A stretch of DNA of 64,000 bases, from assembly GCA_013153965.1 (NCBI GenBank), contig JAADDJ010000052.1, positions 5,944 to 69,943 on the forward strand. The letters are read 5' to 3'. This DNA comes from Thermotogota bacterium. GTDB taxonomy: Bacteria; Hydrothermota; Hydrothermia; LBFQ01. The translations under genes were made by a program, and so were the position numbers. Positions 1-9,924 of this stretch are shown here, piece by piece. Under the pieces are notes generated by a model. It ran no database searches and was not told the DNA's origin. It worked only from the letters and a program-made list of their open reading frames with translations. Each line of letters begins with the position of its first letter. Position 1 is the first letter of the stretch.

Positions 1-2858
1 AGGTCCTCGGGACTTAGGAGGGCATACACCTTCTCCAGCTCCTGCCCCCAGACGGGGTCGGGTTGCGGTATCCCCTGCAGGAGGGCCAGGGCCTTCTCCT
101 GCGCCTTGAGGGTGTCGCCCATGTGCAGATACACGACGGCTTCCCTCCACTCCCTCTCGTTGGGAGGCAGGAAGGTCTTGTAGGTGTTGAGGACCTTGAG
201 GGCCTTATCGTAATCGCCCTTGAGAACGAAGACGTAGGCCCGCGACAGCTCCAGAGCGAACAGCTGGGGATCCGTCTTGGGGTCCTTGCCCTGAAGCCGG
301 AGGAACTCCTCTATGAAGAGCTTGGCGAGGTCGTAGAACTTTATGGCCCTGTCGTGATTGCCTTGGGCCGTGTAGGTGGCGGCCACGGTCAGGGCAACGG
401 TGGCGTAGTTCCTATAGGGGCTCAGGTGGTCGTGATTCTTGTACTGACGATCATCAAAGAGGGCCCGGTAGGCCCACATCTTGGGACTCGGCCGATGGTA
501 GTAGTCAAATGAAGCCTCCTTCACGAACTTCACCGGGTCCTCCGCCCCGCCGGTCAGGAGGCTGTCGGTCCAAGCCACATCCACGACGCCCAGTATGTTG
601 GGCCCCTGTTGGACCTCGCCCGTGAGTCGCATGAGCATCCCCTCAAGGACCATGTAGGGCTCCCAACCACGATAGACCTCGGGGTCGTCGGTGATGGAGA
701 AGTATATGGGAACCTTGAACTCCCTACCCTCAAACACCTCCTTCGCGAAGAGGGACTTGGGGGCCAAGTATATCCTCGGGAGCCTCACCATCCCCTTCAG
801 GCCGGGGACCTCAACGTAATCCTCGGGAGCCGGCTCGTAGCCCACGGAAGTTGCTATCATATCCCGTATCACCACATCCCGCAGGAACATCAGCCCCTTA
901 TCCCCGACGCCCTGAATGACCGGCGGAAGGTCGTAGATTACGCTGTCGGGGAAACTTATGGGTGCTCCCCAATACTTCAGCTCCCTCACGTACCAGTTGG
1001 TGTTCAAAAGTGAGAGGTTCGCATTTATCAGGGGCCATTTGAGGCCCAGAACCTCCTGAACGAACCAGACGGGGAAGGTGTCGTTGTCTCCGTTGGTCAT
1101 GAAAACCCCCTTCTCCGCCTTGGCGGATGTGAGGATGTTGCGGGCGAAGTCCTCGGGTATGTAGTTGCGGGAGCGGTCGTTCCAGAACCAGTGCTGCTTT
1201 ATCTGGACGGCCACCATCACGGCACCTATGACGGCGAAGAGCCCCACGAGGACGCGTCCGTCCTTTATGTAGTCCCTCAGGAGCTTGGCCAGATAGAAGA
1301 GACCCAAGGCGATATACACCCCCCACAGCTGGTAGAAGGGATGGTAGAAGTAATCGCGGTTGCGCACCTCAACGTTCCCCATCTGAAGGTTTATGGGATT
1401 GACGGGATGGGTCGGAGAATCTTTAAAGTTGAAGGCGATGAAGAATCCCACACCGGCGAGGAGGGTGGCTCCGCCGACGAGCCAGAAGAGGGCGCGATTC
1501 TTGCGGTCGGTCCAATGCTCCCAGAGTCCGAGAAGACCGAGAACCAGAACCGTTATACCCAGCGGTCCCAGATGGTCCATAAGGGTGAATTGGGCATTCT
1601 TCTGCAGGTCGGTTATGGCGTAGGTGGCGGCGTTCCACTGCCATCCGAACCACATCAGGAAGACCTGTATCTGCTCGCTCAGGGGTATGCGGCGGGGGAA
1701 CATGTGGGCCGGCTCGTACTGCTTGCGCAGGAGAACGTCCATGAAGGCCTGCCACGTGTAGGGGTCCCCCTCGTTTATGCGGGCATCCAGAGGGTGCATG
1801 TGGAGGTAGTTCGCCCTCACGAAGATCCAGAATTCAACCGTGAAACCGAATAGGATTATGAGGAATACCCATCCCTTCCAGTCGTTCCACATGCGGCCGG
1901 CGATGAACATGGCGGCGACCGCGAGGAAGGTGCCGACGGTCACGAGCTGCTTGCCGCTGAATCCGGCTATCTCCCCCTGCGAGTTGAGGGCACCTATGCC
2001 CGCGAGGACGAGGCCGGCGAGGAAGGCCAAGGAGAGGGGCTGGTTCCAGTTGCGGAGTTTCCCATCTTGGAACATGTATGCCAGCATGAGAAGGAGACCG
2101 ACGAAGAATATGAGCTTCCCGCTCCCGTCGTACGTCACCAGAAGCAGGGCAAAGAGGGCGAAGAGGGCTCCGAAGAGGGCGACCGCGTACCTGTCCCACA
2201 GATCCTTGGGCTTGGCCACCCAGACGAGCAACATCAGGGCCGGGAGGGCGAAGAGGACGGTAAGATGCACGCCCGTACCCAGCATTATGGACAGGACGGC
2301 CATGTATATCCAACGGTACGCCTCCGCGCTCCTGCGATTCTTATACCACAGGATGCCGAAGTAGAGGGCCAAGATGCCGAAGAAGGCGCCGGGAGTGTAG
2401 GTCTCAACCTCTATGGAGTTGAACCAGACCCTCATGGCGAAGGCGGGAACGAGGGCGGCCGTCGCCCCCAACACGTGGTAGAGCCAACGGGGGAATTTGC
2501 TCTCGCCGTCCATGTACTCCAAGAGGTCGTAGGTTATCAGATATACCAGCGCCGCGTTGGCCCCTCCCATCAGGATGGGGATGAGGGTCATGCGCAGCAC
2601 TATGGGGTCGGCGAGAACGCCGCCGTTTATGAGCGAGTAAAGTTTATCAACGGGTAAAGGAAGGATTGCGAAGAATTTCGCTAAAAGTACGTAAAAGGGC
2701 GTTCCCGGGGGGTGGGGTACGCCCAAGATGTGGGCGGCCGCCAAGAACTCACCCACATCCCAGAAGGCGGTTGTTGGCGCTGTCGTCTTGAAGTATATGA
2801 AGGATACGAAGAGGAAGATTGCGAGTGCTATGTACCACTTGACCTTTCCGCCGTTCAT
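1..2858 (-). CDS. Large polytopic membrane protein, DUF2723/TMEM260-like N-terminal domain with C-terminal TPR repeats (partial, runs off left edge)
   Basis: Own translation of minus strand from ATG at 2858: MNGGKVKWYIALAIFLFVSF...FWDVGEFLAAAHILGVPHPPGTPFYVLL motif, >12 TM helices, then TPR-like C-terminal part. No stop before position 1. Not in ORF track because it is edge-truncated. Confidence 0.6.
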   Translation of the reverse strand, partial: MNGGKVKWYIALAIFLFVSFIYFKTTAPTTAFWDVGEFLAAAHILGVPHPPGTPFYVLLAKFFAILPLPVDKLYSLINGGVLADPIVLRMTLIPILMGGANAALVYLITYDLLEYMDGESKFPRWLYHVLGATAALVPAFAMRVWFNSIEVETYTPGAFFGILALYFGILWYKNRRSAEAYRWIYMAVLSIMLGTGVHLTVLFALPALMLLVWVAKPKDLWDRYAVALFGALFALFALLLVTYDGSGKLIFFVGLLLMLAYMFQDGKLRNWNQPLSLAFLAGLVLAGIGALNSQGEIAGFSGKQLVTVGTFLAVAAMFIAGRMWNDWKGWVFLIILFGFTVEFWIFVRANYLHMHPLDARINEGDPYTWQAFMDVLLRKQYEPAHMFPRRIPLSEQIQVFLMWFGWQWNAATYAITDLQKNAQFTLMDHLGPLGITVLVLGLLGLWEHWTDRKNRALFWLVGGATLLAGVGFFIAFNFKDSPTHPVNPINLQMGNVEVRNRDYFYHPFYQLWGVYIALGLFYLAKLLRDYIKDGRVLVGLFAVIGAVMVAVQIKQHWFWNDRSRNYIPEDFARNILTSAKAEKGVFMTNGDNDTFPVWFVQEVLGLKWPLINANLSLLNTNWYVRELKYWGAPISFPDSVIYDLPPVIQGVGDKGLMFLRDVVIRDMIATSVGYEPAPEDYVEVPGLKGMVRLPRIYLAPKSLFAKEVFEGREFKVPIYFSITDDPEVYRGWEPYMVLEGMLMRLTGEVQQGPNILGVVDVAWTDSLLTGGAEDPVKFVKEASFDYYHRPSPKMWAYRALFDDRQYKNHDHLSPYRNYATVALTVAATYTAQGNHDRAIKFYDLAKLFIEEFLRLQGKDPKTDPQLFALELSRAYVFVLKGDYDKALKVLNTYKTFLPPNEREWREAVVYLHMGDTLKAQEKALALLQGIPQPDPVWGQELEKVYALLSPED

Positions 2859-2880
2859 AAGTGGGTATTGTACGGCCGTC
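2859..2880 (-). promoter_or_regulatory. Leaderless-type promoter: TACAAT then 8 nt (acccactt) then ATG
   Basis: Minus strand reads GTACAATACCCACTT-ATG, same arrangement as the other TAnAAT+8 nt promoters in the window. Confidence 0.5.
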
Positions 2881-2907
2881 CCCAATCGTAATGATAAACG
2901 AGTGATT

Positions 2908-2929
2908 TGCCAGTATAATACCCGCTTCC
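2908..2929 (+). promoter_or_regulatory. uvrA promoter: CCAGTATAATACCCGCTTCC immediately 5' of ATG
   Basis: TATAAT at 2914-2919, 10 nt to ATG at 2930. One of 5 copies of the CCAGTATAATA(C/G/A)CCGCYT element. Confidence 0.55.
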
Positions 2930-5734
2930 ATGCGCAAGCTCATAGTCAAGGGTGCGAGGCAGCATAACCTGCAGAATATAACGGTTGAGATACCCAAGGA
3001 CAGCTTTGTGGTCATAACGGGGGTATCCGGCTCCGGCAAGTCCTCCTTGGCCTTTGATGTGATATATGCGGAGGCGCAGAGGAGGTACGTGGAGAGTCTC
3101 TCGCCCTACGCCCGTCAATTCTTGGGCGTGATGGAGAAGCCGGATGTGGAGGAGATTGAGGGACTCTCTCCCGGCATAGCCATAGAGCAGCGCAAGATAA
3201 TGCGGAACCCCCGGTCAACGGTGGCGACGACGACCGAGATATACGACTACCTGCGTCTCCTGTTCGCCCGCGCCGGTACCCCCCACTGCCCCAACGACGG
3301 AACCCCTTTGCAGCGCTGGAGTGTTGATGAGATCGTAGATGTTCTCTTTAAAAAGTATCCCTATCGGAGACTGCAGATTCTGGCGCCGGTGGTAAGGGGC
3401 AAGAAAGGAGAGTTTCGCGACCTCCTCTCCAAGATAGCCAAGAGAGGATTCGTGAGGGTGCGGGTTGATGGGATAATGTACGACGTTGAGGAGGTGCCTC
3501 AACTTGACAAGAATAAGCGCCACGACATAGAGATAGTCGTTGATAGGGTGATGGTGAGGGAGGAGGACCGCAGCCGCATACACCAGTCGGTGGAGACGGC
3601 TCTCAAGGAGGCGGAGGGTCTGGTCAAGATAATAACCGACAGGGACGAGGAGGAGATCTTCAGCGAAAGTTTGGCCTGTCCCAAGTGCGGTTTCTCCATG
3701 CCGGAGCTGGAGCCGAGACTCTTCTCGTTCAACAGTCCCTACGGGGCCTGCCCCGTATGTACGGGTTTGGGCGTGAAGATGGACTTTGATCCGGGCAAGC
3801 TCATAGCCAATCCGGACCTATCAATAATGGAGGGGGCCATAAAGCCCCTATCCGAGCCGCATCCCATAACGGCCCGGGTCCTCCAGAGGATCGCCCGCAA
3901 GTACGGGGCGTCCATCCACGACCCTTGGCGTATCCTCCCCGAGCCCTTCAAGAATGTGGTCCTCTGGGGGGTGGAGGAGCCTCCCGAATCCTTGGATGAT
4001 CAGGACTTCAAGCCCCTATACAGGGATTGGGACGGGATAATCCCCCAGCTGTGGCGCAAGTACAAGAGTACGGACTCGGAGTGGGTGAGGGCCGACATAG
4101 GCCGTTATATGATATACACCACGTGTCCGGCGTGCGGAGGCTCCCGGCTCCGTAGGGAGGCCCTCTCGGTCTATGTGGCCGATAAGAACATATGGGACAT
4201 AGTGCAGATGAGCGTCAGGGACGCTCTCGCCTTCTTCCGCACCCTGAAGTTGGAAGGCAAAAGGGGCGTCATAGCCGAGCGTATAGTGGGCGAGATCGTG
4301 CGCCGTTTGAAATTCTTGGACGATGTGGGTCTGGGTTATCTGACGTTGGACCGCCGCTCCGACACGTTATCCGGAGGAGAGGAGCAGAGGGTCAGGCTGG
4401 CGACCCAGATAGGCTCGGGTCTCTCGGGTGTCATATACGTTCTGGATGAGCCCACCATAGGTTTGCATCCGAGGGATAACAGCAAGCTCATAGGGACGCT
4501 GAAGCACCTGCGGGACCTCGGGAACACGGTCATAGTGGTTGAGCACGACGAGGAGACGATACGCAACGCCGATTACATAGTGGATCTGGGTCCCGGCGCC
4601 GGCGTCTATGGGGGCCGAGTGGTGGCGCAAGGTACGGTTGAGGACATCATCCGGAGCGAGGAGTCGCTGACCGGCGCCTATCTGTCCGGGCGCAAGAGCA
4701 TTCCGGTGCCTGCCGAGAGGCGTAAGCCTAAGGACGAGTGGCTGAAGATAGTCGGGGCGAGGGAGAATAACCTGAAGAATATAACCGTCTCCATCCCCCT
4801 CGGTCTCTTCGTGGTGGTAACCGGGGTTTCGGGCTCGGGTAAATCCACGCTGGTTATGGACATCCTCTACAGGGCCTTGGCCAAGAAGCTCTACCGCTCC
4901 AAGATGGATCCGGGGGAGCATGAGACGATTCTGGGGATGGAGTACATTGACCGGGTGATTGACGTGGACCAGTCCCCCATAGGGAGAACGCCGCGCAGCA
5001 ACCCGGCCACCTACACGGGGGTTTTCACCTACATAAGGGACTTCTACGCCAAGCTGCCGGAGTCCAAGGCTCGCGGCTACAAACCTTCCCGCTTCTCCTT
5101 CAATCTGCGAGGTGGCAGGTGCGAGGCCTGCGAGGGCGAAGGGTACGTGCGGATAGAGATGCACTTTCTGCCGGATATCTTCGTCCCCTGCGAGGTGTGC
5201 CGGGGTAAGAGGTACAACGCCGAGACGCTGGAGATAAAGTACAAGGGCAAATCCATAGCCGACGTTCTGGATATGACGGTGGATGAGGCTTACGAGTTCT
5301 TTGAGGACGTGCCCACCATCCGCCGCAAGTTGCAGGTGATGATTGACGTGGGGTTGGGGTACATAAAGCTGGGCCAACCCTCAACCACCCTATCCGGAGG
5401 TGAGGCGCAGCGGATAAAGCTGGCCAAGGAGCTGTCCAAGATCCCCACGGGGAGGACGCTCTACATTCTGGATGAGCCGACTACGGGCCTCCACTTTGAT
5501 GATGTGAGGAAGTTGATAGATGTCCTCCACCGCTTCGCCGATAACGGGAATACGGTTCTGGTGATTGAGCACAACCTGGATGTGATAAAGAATGCGGATT
5601 GGGTGATAGATCTGGGTCCGGAGGGCGGAGATGAGGGGGGTTATCTGGTGGCGGAGGGGCCGCCGGAGGAGGTGGCGAAGGTTCCGGAGTCCTATACGGG
5701 GCAGTATCTAAGGAGAGTGCTGGGGAGGGGGTAG
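2930..5734 (+). CDS. uvrA: Excinuclease ABC subunit A
   Basis: 934 aa; two ABC ATPase modules ([25 protein letters not shown], second [21 protein letters not shown]) and CxxC zinc fingers. Confidence 0.95.
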   Translation: MRKLIVKGARQHNLQNITVEIPKDSFVVITGVSGSGKSSLAFDVIYAEAQRRYVESLSPYARQFLGVMEKPDVEEIEGLSPGIAIEQRKIMRNPRSTVATTTEIYDYLRLLFARAGTPHCPNDGTPLQRWSVDEIVDVLFKKYPYRRLQILAPVVRGKKGEFRDLLSKIAKRGFVRVRVDGIMYDVEEVPQLDKNKRHDIEIVVDRVMVREEDRSRIHQSVETALKEAEGLVKIITDRDEEEIFSESLACPKCGFSMPELEPRLFSFNSPYGACPVCTGLGVKMDFDPGKLIANPDLSIMEGAIKPLSEPHPITARVLQRIARKYGASIHDPWRILPEPFKNVVLWGVEEPPESLDDQDFKPLYRDWDGIIPQLWRKYKSTDSEWVRADIGRYMIYTTCPACGGSRLRREALSVYVADKNIWDIVQMSVRDALAFFRTLKLEGKRGVIAERIVGEIVRRLKFLDDVGLGYLTLDRRSDTLSGGEEQRVRLATQIGSGLSGVIYVLDEPTIGLHPRDNSKLIGTLKHLRDLGNTVIVVEHDEETIRNADYIVDLGPGAGVYGGRVVAQGTVEDIIRSEESLTGAYLSGRKSIPVPAERRKPKDEWLKIVGARENNLKNITVSIPLGLFVVVTGVSGSGKSTLVMDILYRALAKKLYRSKMDPGEHETILGMEYIDRVIDVDQSPIGRTPRSNPATYTGVFTYIRDFYAKLPESKARGYKPSRFSFNLRGGRCEACEGEGYVRIEMHFLPDIFVPCEVCRGKRYNAETLEIKYKGKSIADVLDMTVDEAYEFFEDVPTIRRKLQVMIDVGLGYIKLGQPSTTLSGGEAQRIKLAKELSKIPTGRTLYILDEPTTGLHFDDVRKLIDVLHRFADNGNTVLVIEHNLDVIKNADWVIDLGPEGGDEGGYLVAEGPPEEVAKVPESYTGQYLRRVLGRG

Positions 5735-5755
5735 CCGAAGACGGCTGTTTGGAGC

Positions 5756-6634
5756 TTGCGACCTTATAATGTGGGGCGTTTGGGGTACATCCTCGCCCTC
5801 GCTGTGGCGCTCGCGGAGAGCGGAAAGGACGTTCTGGGTAAGATAGCCTCAAGAGTCCTTCCCGTCCCCCTCCTTCTGGGAGCCTACAAACTCGTAGCCC
5901 TCACTATAGTCCTGCCCCTGGCCGTACTCACCTGGCGCGCGCAGGACATCTCCTTCCTCCCCATACTCGTCGCCGATGCCCTCCTAAACACCTTAGCCTT
6001 CTACCTGTACCTCAAGGCCATATCCATCTCCCCCCTATCCCTAACCGTCCCCCTACTCTCCTTCTCCCCCCTCTTTCTGCTGCTATCCTCCTACCTGATG
6101 CTGGGTCAGAGGGTATCGTTCGCGGGAGCCGTGGGCGTACTGCTGGTCGTCGTTGGGGCCTATTTTCTCAACGTGTCGGACATTCGCAGGGGAATCTTAG
6201 CCCCCATCCGCTCGCTTCTCTCCGAGCCCGGAAGTCGCCACATGCTCATCGTAGCCCTCATATGGAGCATTACCGCGAACTTGGACAAGATGGGGGTGGA
6301 TAGAGTCGGTCCCCTCGCGTGGGTGGCGCTCATGAGCGGTGGAGTATCCTTGGGAGCCTTCGCCGTAGCCTCACTGCGCGGTGATGTGCGCGCTAAAGCC
6401 TCCCACCTTCACATTGTGGCGATCATGGGCATTCTGGATGCCTTGGGGGCCGTCCTTCAGATGGTGGCCATAACCCTCACGCTGGTGCCTTACGTCATAG
6501 CCATAAAGCGCACGAGCATACTGTGGAGCGCCATCGCGGGCATCCTCATCTTCAAGGAGAAAAAACCCCACGAGAGATTGCTCGGGGCGGCGATGATGCT
6601 CTCGGGAGTGGTGCTCATACTCCTCCGGGCCTAA
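5756..6634 (+). CDS. EamA/DMT-family permease (10 TM)
   Basis: Polytopic, two EamA-like halves. Track start is TTG 5756. TATAAT at 5765-5770 followed 9 nt later by in-frame TTG at 5780 (MGYILALAVAL...) is the more likely start. Confidence 0.5.
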   Translation: MRPYNVGRLGYILALAVALAESGKDVLGKIASRVLPVPLLLGAYKLVALTIVLPLAVLTWRAQDISFLPILVADALLNTLAFYLYLKAISISPLSLTVPLLSFSPLFLLLSSYLMLGQRVSFAGAVGVLLVVVGAYFLNVSDIRRGILAPIRSLLSEPGSRHMLIVALIWSITANLDKMGVDRVGPLAWVALMSGGVSLGAFAVASLRGDVRAKASHLHIVAIMGILDALGAVLQMVAITLTLVPYVIAIKRTSILWSAIAGILIFKEKKPHERLLGAAMMLSGVVLILLRA

Positions 6635-7281
6635 GAGCCCTCGGAGGGAACCACCCTAAAACCCTTCACCTTGAACCTGACGGGCCTTCCCAGTATGGAC
6701 GTCAGGAGCCTACCCATAACCTCCTCAAAACGTCTGGACAGCTCGGAGTACCACGCGGGAAGCTCGTCCTTCATCCTCTTGCGGGCGACGCTCCTTATGT
6801 AGTCAAATACGGGTGAGGCCTCGTAGGACCTCATAGGAGTTCCGAATATGCCCACCTCCTCGGACACCACCCACCACCTATCAACCGATATCATTATATC
6901 GGGCTCCGGAAGGACCACATCCACCACGACGGTATCGCCGGAGTACCGCAACTTTATGTCCTTCTCCCTTATCTGCGATATGTCAAAGAATAGTTTGAAG
7001 GAGACGATGAACTTGAGGGTCGTTTTCCTCCCGCCGACCGTAAAGGGCACCTTCAGGACGGGGGGGACCGTATCGGAAACCTCGTACTCCCGCTTTACCT
7101 CCAGAACTACCAGTTTCGCCACCTCCCTTATTGAATTCAGCAGACCCCTCTCCGTGAGGGAGAAGGTGGTTCTTCGGTCCCTCCAGAGAGTGCTCAATCC
7201 CGCCTTCCTTATATAGACCACCCCCAAGAGCGTCCAGAGAATCGCCCAAACGGTAATGAAGGCACACACCCTTTTCAACAT
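6631..7281 (-). CDS. Hypothetical protein with N-terminal TM anchor (DUF4230-like)
   Basis: 216 aa, single N-terminal TM then a soluble domain. Leaderless TAGAAT promoter 7 nt upstream. Confidence 0.4.
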   Translation of the reverse strand: MLKRVCAFITVWAILWTLLGVVYIRKAGLSTLWRDRRTTFSLTERGLLNSIREVAKLVVLEVKREYEVSDTVPPVLKVPFTVGGRKTTLKFIVSFKLFFDISQIREKDIKLRYSGDTVVVDVVLPEPDIMISVDRWWVVSEEVGIFGTPMRSYEASPVFDYIRSVARKRMKDELPAWYSELSRRFEEVMGRLLTSILGRPVRFKVKGFRVVPSEGS

Positions 7282-7288
7282 CTCCGCT

Positions 7289-7318
7289 ATTCTAACGTAG
7301 GTAAGACGTCGTTAGAAT
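7289..7318. promoter_or_regulatory. Perfect 9-bp inverted repeat ATTCTAACG-N12-CGTTAGAAT providing a TAGAAT -10 for each of two divergent leaderless genes
   Basis: Left arm 7289-7297, right arm 7310-7318. Minus gene ATG at 7281 is 7 nt from its TAGAAT; plus gene ATG at 7324 is 5 nt from its TAGAAT. Confidence 0.5.
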
Positions 7319-7323
7319 ATCCT

Positions 7324-7818
7324 ATGCGCCTCTTCAAAGTTCTCGTGGGGATGGTGCTGGTGGGCGGTGGGGCTCTGGTCGTCCTATACCTGTTCATGAG
7401 GGGGTTGGAGCGCACGAAGGTTGAAGCGTCCTCCGCGAACGCCTCCACTCCCAGCTTCCTTGAGGAGGACACGCTACCGAGCTGGACCTACGAGGATCTG
7501 CCCACGGACTGGCCCTCCGAACCCGACGACTCCTTGGCCTCCTTGGGGGAGGAGCTCTTCAACACCAGAGGCTGCAAGGTATGCCACACCGTGGGGGAGG
7601 GAGAGTTGGTCGGCCCCGACCTCAAGGGGATAGATGAGCGCAGGCCCTACCGTTGGACCCTCCTGCTTCTCCTTCGCCCCGACAGCATGCAGAGGGACGA
7701 TTCGCTCGCCCGGGCTCTCCTCAAGAGATACGGAGTTCAGATGCCGAATCAGAGGCTCACTCTGGATGAGGCGGAGGCCATCCTCCACTACGTACTGCGG
7801 GAGAGTTCTCGTCCTTAA
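7324..7818 (+). CDS. Membrane-anchored class I cytochrome c
   Basis: N-terminal TM, CKVCH haem-binding motif, distal Met region. Confidence 0.7.
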   Translation: MRLFKVLVGMVLVGGGALVVLYLFMRGLERTKVEASSANASTPSFLEEDTLPSWTYEDLPTDWPSEPDDSLASLGEELFNTRGCKVCHTVGEGELVGPDLKGIDERRPYRWTLLLLLRPDSMQRDDSLARALLKRYGVQMPNQRLTLDEAEAILHYVLRESSRP

Positions 7819-7829
7819 ATTAGGAACCT

Positions 7830-8771
7830 ATGCTTTGGATTTTGGGGCAGATACTCGTTCTTAGGGATACCATGTCCTTCTACGCGAGGGACGTATCGGC
7901 GGCCATACAGGAGCGATTTCAGGGATATGCGCACGTGATGGATTGGGAGAAGGCTCCGAGGGGAGTACGTCCGGAGGACTTCTGGAAGAGATTTTGGACC
8001 AAGGCGGGAAGCAAGTACGACCTCGTCGTGGTTCTCGGGCCCAAATCTCTAAAGTTTGCCATGGAGAACGTGAAGGATCGCCCGGTCATCTATCTGGAGA
8101 ACTATCACAGGTTATCCGAAGCCCCACCCAACTTCGCCGGCGTCTATGTGGCCATGGACTACTACCTTCAGATAGCCCGCCTCGTATGCTCCGTTGAGGA
8201 GGCGAAGGTTCTGGGGATACTGGCCCACAACGACGATTGGGGCCTACTCTCCAAAGTCTTCACGGACACGAACCCGGGGATCTCCGAGATTCACATACGA
8301 TTCATCCGCCATCCGTCGCAGGTGGTGGAGGCCTTGGAGGACCTAAGAGCCGTGGGCGTGAGGGTCGTGTGGGTACCCTCCTCCTCGCAGATAAACGGCG
8401 GCCGGTACCTGCGCAATCTCCTCAAACGCTCCCCGAAGGAGAGGATAGGCGTGGTGCTTGATCGCGTCAGCAAGGTGCGGCAGGGGGCCCTGGCCGCCTG
8501 GGAGCCGAGGTACAAGGACGTGGGCGACGTTCTCGCCTCCCTCATAGGGGAGATTCTGGAATCCTCCAAATCCTACGTGCAAGTGCTCAAGGACTCAAGC
8601 GGAGCCGTGAAGGGGAAGGTGATAAACTGGAAGGCCTTCCTTCGCCCCCACTACCTACGGTTCGTGAAGAGTCCCTCCCTCGGTCGCTCCGCCTTCAACC
8701 TGACCCTAAGCAAGAAGCTGGGCCTCCACGTGGTTAAAGAGTGTATAGACCGCTTTGACGAGAAGTATTAG
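7830..8771 (+). CDS. Hypothetical protein, possibly ABC-type substrate-binding-like
   Basis: 313 aa; weak resemblance to periplasmic binding folds (VVLGPKSLKFA...VLGILAHNDDWG). Assignment uncertain. Confidence 0.3.
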   Translation: MLWILGQILVLRDTMSFYARDVSAAIQERFQGYAHVMDWEKAPRGVRPEDFWKRFWTKAGSKYDLVVVLGPKSLKFAMENVKDRPVIYLENYHRLSEAPPNFAGVYVAMDYYLQIARLVCSVEEAKVLGILAHNDDWGLLSKVFTDTNPGISEIHIRFIRHPSQVVEALEDLRAVGVRVVWVPSSSQINGGRYLRNLLKRSPKERIGVVLDRVSKVRQGALAAWEPRYKDVGDVLASLIGEILESSKSYVQVLKDSSGAVKGKVINWKAFLRPHYLRFVKSPSLGRSAFNLTLSKKLGLHVVKECIDRFDEKY

Positions 8772-9892
8772 AGGCCCAAATCCCCGTATATCTCCCGGAT
8801 TATCCGATTCTTGAGGTATTCCCCGGCCGGGAGGTCCGTCTGAAGGACGACCCTCTTGGGGAAATCCTCCGGCACCACATCCATAGCGGCCAACGCCCCT
8901 CCGGTGGTCGTAGCCTGGAGGGCGGATAGACGATGGCCGTCGTAATCGCGGGGCCTGACCTCTATCACCCTCTCCAGAGCCCGCAGCTCGCCCTCCCCAT
9001 CGTGGCCGGAGACGGCCACATATATGATCACCAGGTCCTCCTCCACCAGAGGGATGCGCTTAAGCTCCTCCAGAAGGTGCTCTATCCTCTCCTCACGGCC
9101 GAGATACCTCCACGTCTCCAGAAGGCCCCTCACCCACGTGTAGTGTCCGGGCCATCGCAGAGTCTTGTAGTCCAAGCGTCTGACCTTTCCGGCGAAGTAG
9201 TCGGGAGTGCTCGCGGCTCCACCGGAGGTCAGGTCCGCCTCCAGAACCTTACCGTTGAGGATGAGGGTCTCCGGCTCCGACAGGGAGGGGACGCGCAGGA
9301 CCTCGCCATCCCTGACGACGATTGAAGGCTCAACGTACTCCACGGCCACACCGGCGGCGCTCCAGGTGCGGGCGTAGAAGTAGGGGGAGGAGACGTTGGG
9401 CGTCAGAGCTCCCACACGCATCCTTATCTCCTCCGGCTCCCTCCCGAACCTCTCCCGGAACACCTCCGCCAGACGCACGGCCAAGACATTTACGAAGCCC
9501 GGAGCGAGGCCGGCCTGCAGGATGAAGAGTGGCGGATTCTCGGCCTCGGACACCATCTTCATTATCTCCTCCGTCGCCCTCACGTGCTCGGTAATGTTCA
9601 GGTAGTTGGTACCGCTCTTGAGAGCGGCCTCGGCCATACGGGAAGCCTCCCTACCGGGCAGACAGTCTATGAGAACGTCGGCCCCCTTCAGGACATCCAA
9701 GAGGCCGGGGGTTATGCCCTCGGAGGGTAGATCAAAGGCCTCACCGCCGACGAGCCTCGCGATCTCCTCGGCCTTCTCCCTCCTCCTACCCCCGATGAGT
9801 ATGCGGGCATCGGGATAGAATTTGCGGGCCAGCACTGCCGTTGAACGGGCGACTATTCCGGAGCCTGCTATGGCTATGCTTCTGGGCTTCAT
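8768..9892 (-). CDS. Saccharopine dehydrogenase family NAD(P)-binding oxidoreductase
   Basis: N-terminal Rossmann motif IAIAGSGIVARS, Sacchrp_dh-like layout. TATAAT then 8 nt then ATG upstream. Confidence 0.65.
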   Translation of the reverse strand: MKPRSIAIAGSGIVARSTAVLARKFYPDARILIGGRRREKAEEIARLVGGEAFDLPSEGITPGLLDVLKGADVLIDCLPGREASRMAEAALKSGTNYLNITEHVRATEEIMKMVSEAENPPLFILQAGLAPGFVNVLAVRLAEVFRERFGREPEEIRMRVGALTPNVSSPYFYARTWSAAGVAVEYVEPSIVVRDGEVLRVPSLSEPETLILNGKVLEADLTSGGAASTPDYFAGKVRRLDYKTLRWPGHYTWVRGLLETWRYLGREERIEHLLEELKRIPLVEEDLVIIYVAVSGHDGEGELRALERVIEVRPRDYDGHRLSALQATTTGGALAAMDVVPEDFPKRVVLQTDLPAGEYLKNRIIREIYGDLGL

Positions 9893-9924
9893 AACCGGCC
9901 ATTATACGCCCTTACCGCTGAACC

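Noticed and set aside
4367-5377. 336-aa minus-strand ORF inside uvrA, with similar long opposite-strand ORFs elsewhere (15533..16879, 45033..46241, 29314..30468, 60954..61763, 63173..63829, 1191..1853, 2067..2657)
   Set aside because: Gly/Val/His/Arg/Pro-rich low-complexity translations typical of antisense frames in 60% GC DNA. Each lies opposite a well-supported gene with clear family motifs.
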